DNA of 64,000 bases from the human T2T-CHM13v2.0 reference genome, Homo sapiens: assembly GCF_009914755.1 (NCBI RefSeq), contig NC_060929.1; one strand, given 5' to 3'. The notes beneath the pieces were generated by a model. The model did not search any database, was not told the origin of the DNA, and saw only the letters and a list, made by a program, of their open reading frames with translations. Shown piece after piece: positions 63,569 through 64,000 of this stretch (its first letter is position 1; the number at the start of each line of letters is the position of its first letter). A program made the position numbers and the translations under genes.

Positions 63569-63884
63569 AATAGGGACTGTTTTTAATCTGATATTTTATT
63601 CTTCTTAGTGCCTCAAACTAGCTCCTGTTGAAACATGTTATAACAAGTTAGTACGAATTTATTTCGGTGCAAAAAATTGAAATTCATGCATAGTTTTTTC
63701 TGAAATGTATGAAAAATGAATCTGCTCTTGTCTGAGCAGATTTGTCATACATTTGACAAGGTCTGCTCTTGTCTGAGCAGATTTGTCATACATTTGACAA
63801 TGTATGAGAAATGTCATACATTTCTGAAATGTATGAAAAATGAATCATCATACATTTTTGATGAACTTTGTGAAGATCCCTATA

Positions 63885-63972
63885 GAGTAATATGCACGTT
63901 ATTTAGCTTGATTTAGCCATTCCACAACGTATACATATTTCAAAACATCATTCTGTACAGAATAAATATTTA
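63885..63972 (+). mobile_element. L1MA 3'UTR end, continuing the segment at ~60640-60703 that Hsmar2 split
   Basis: ttagcttgatttagccattccacaacgtatacatatttcaaaacatca. Confidence 0.7.
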
Positions 63973-63973
63973 C

Positions 63974-64000
63974 TCCGGTCATGGTGGTTCACACGTGTAA
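63974..64000 (+). mobile_element. 5' start of an Alu, cut by the window edge
   Basis: ccggtcatggtggttcacacgtgtaa resembles GGCCGGGCGCGGTGGCTCACGCCTGTAA. Confidence 0.55.

Larger units (their letters stand above)
60706..63882 (-). mobile_element. Hsmar2 mariner, both ends present, interrupted by nested insertions
   Basis: Minus-strand ATG at 62288 reads MNSGKIEARTNIQFMVKLEWKNG; YSPDLSPSDF motif at ~60941-60970; degenerate TIRs flanked by TA (60704-60705, 63883-63884). Confidence 0.9.

Noticed and set aside
63697-63846. CRISPR-like repeat-spacer array
   Set aside because: Only two copies of each unit, no unique spacers, no cas genes, human context

Overview
AT-rich, gene-poor human genomic DNA; an AluYa8-type insertion points specifically to human. 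I found no host protein-coding gene, and essentially every long ORF in the track is an L1 ORF1/ORF2 remnant, an Alu, or a purine microsatellite. The window is dominated by transposable elements. L1s: the 5' half of an old L1MA/L1PB-type L1 (1-5662, -), a 5'-inverted twin-primed L1PA3 (14375-18176), a full-length but dead L1PA3/PA4 (24161-30364), a 5'-truncated L1MA2-like L1 (50296-55466) and several L1M fragments. Other repeats: about 10 Alus, several LTRs, MIR/L2 relics, DNA transposon relics (MER63, MADE1, Tigger4b, MER5, Hsmar2) and a tailless 5S rRNA fragment. I cannot support a wholly new biological system. The most interesting signals are mechanistic scars: two probable L1 3' transductions, probable ectopic gene conversion between the two neighbouring L1PA copies, several fold-back/templated-insertion scars (one about 150 bp), a multi-level TE nest around Hsmar2, and a rare young AluYa8. 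Subfamily names come from remembered consensus sequences and need RepeatMasker/Dfam confirmation.
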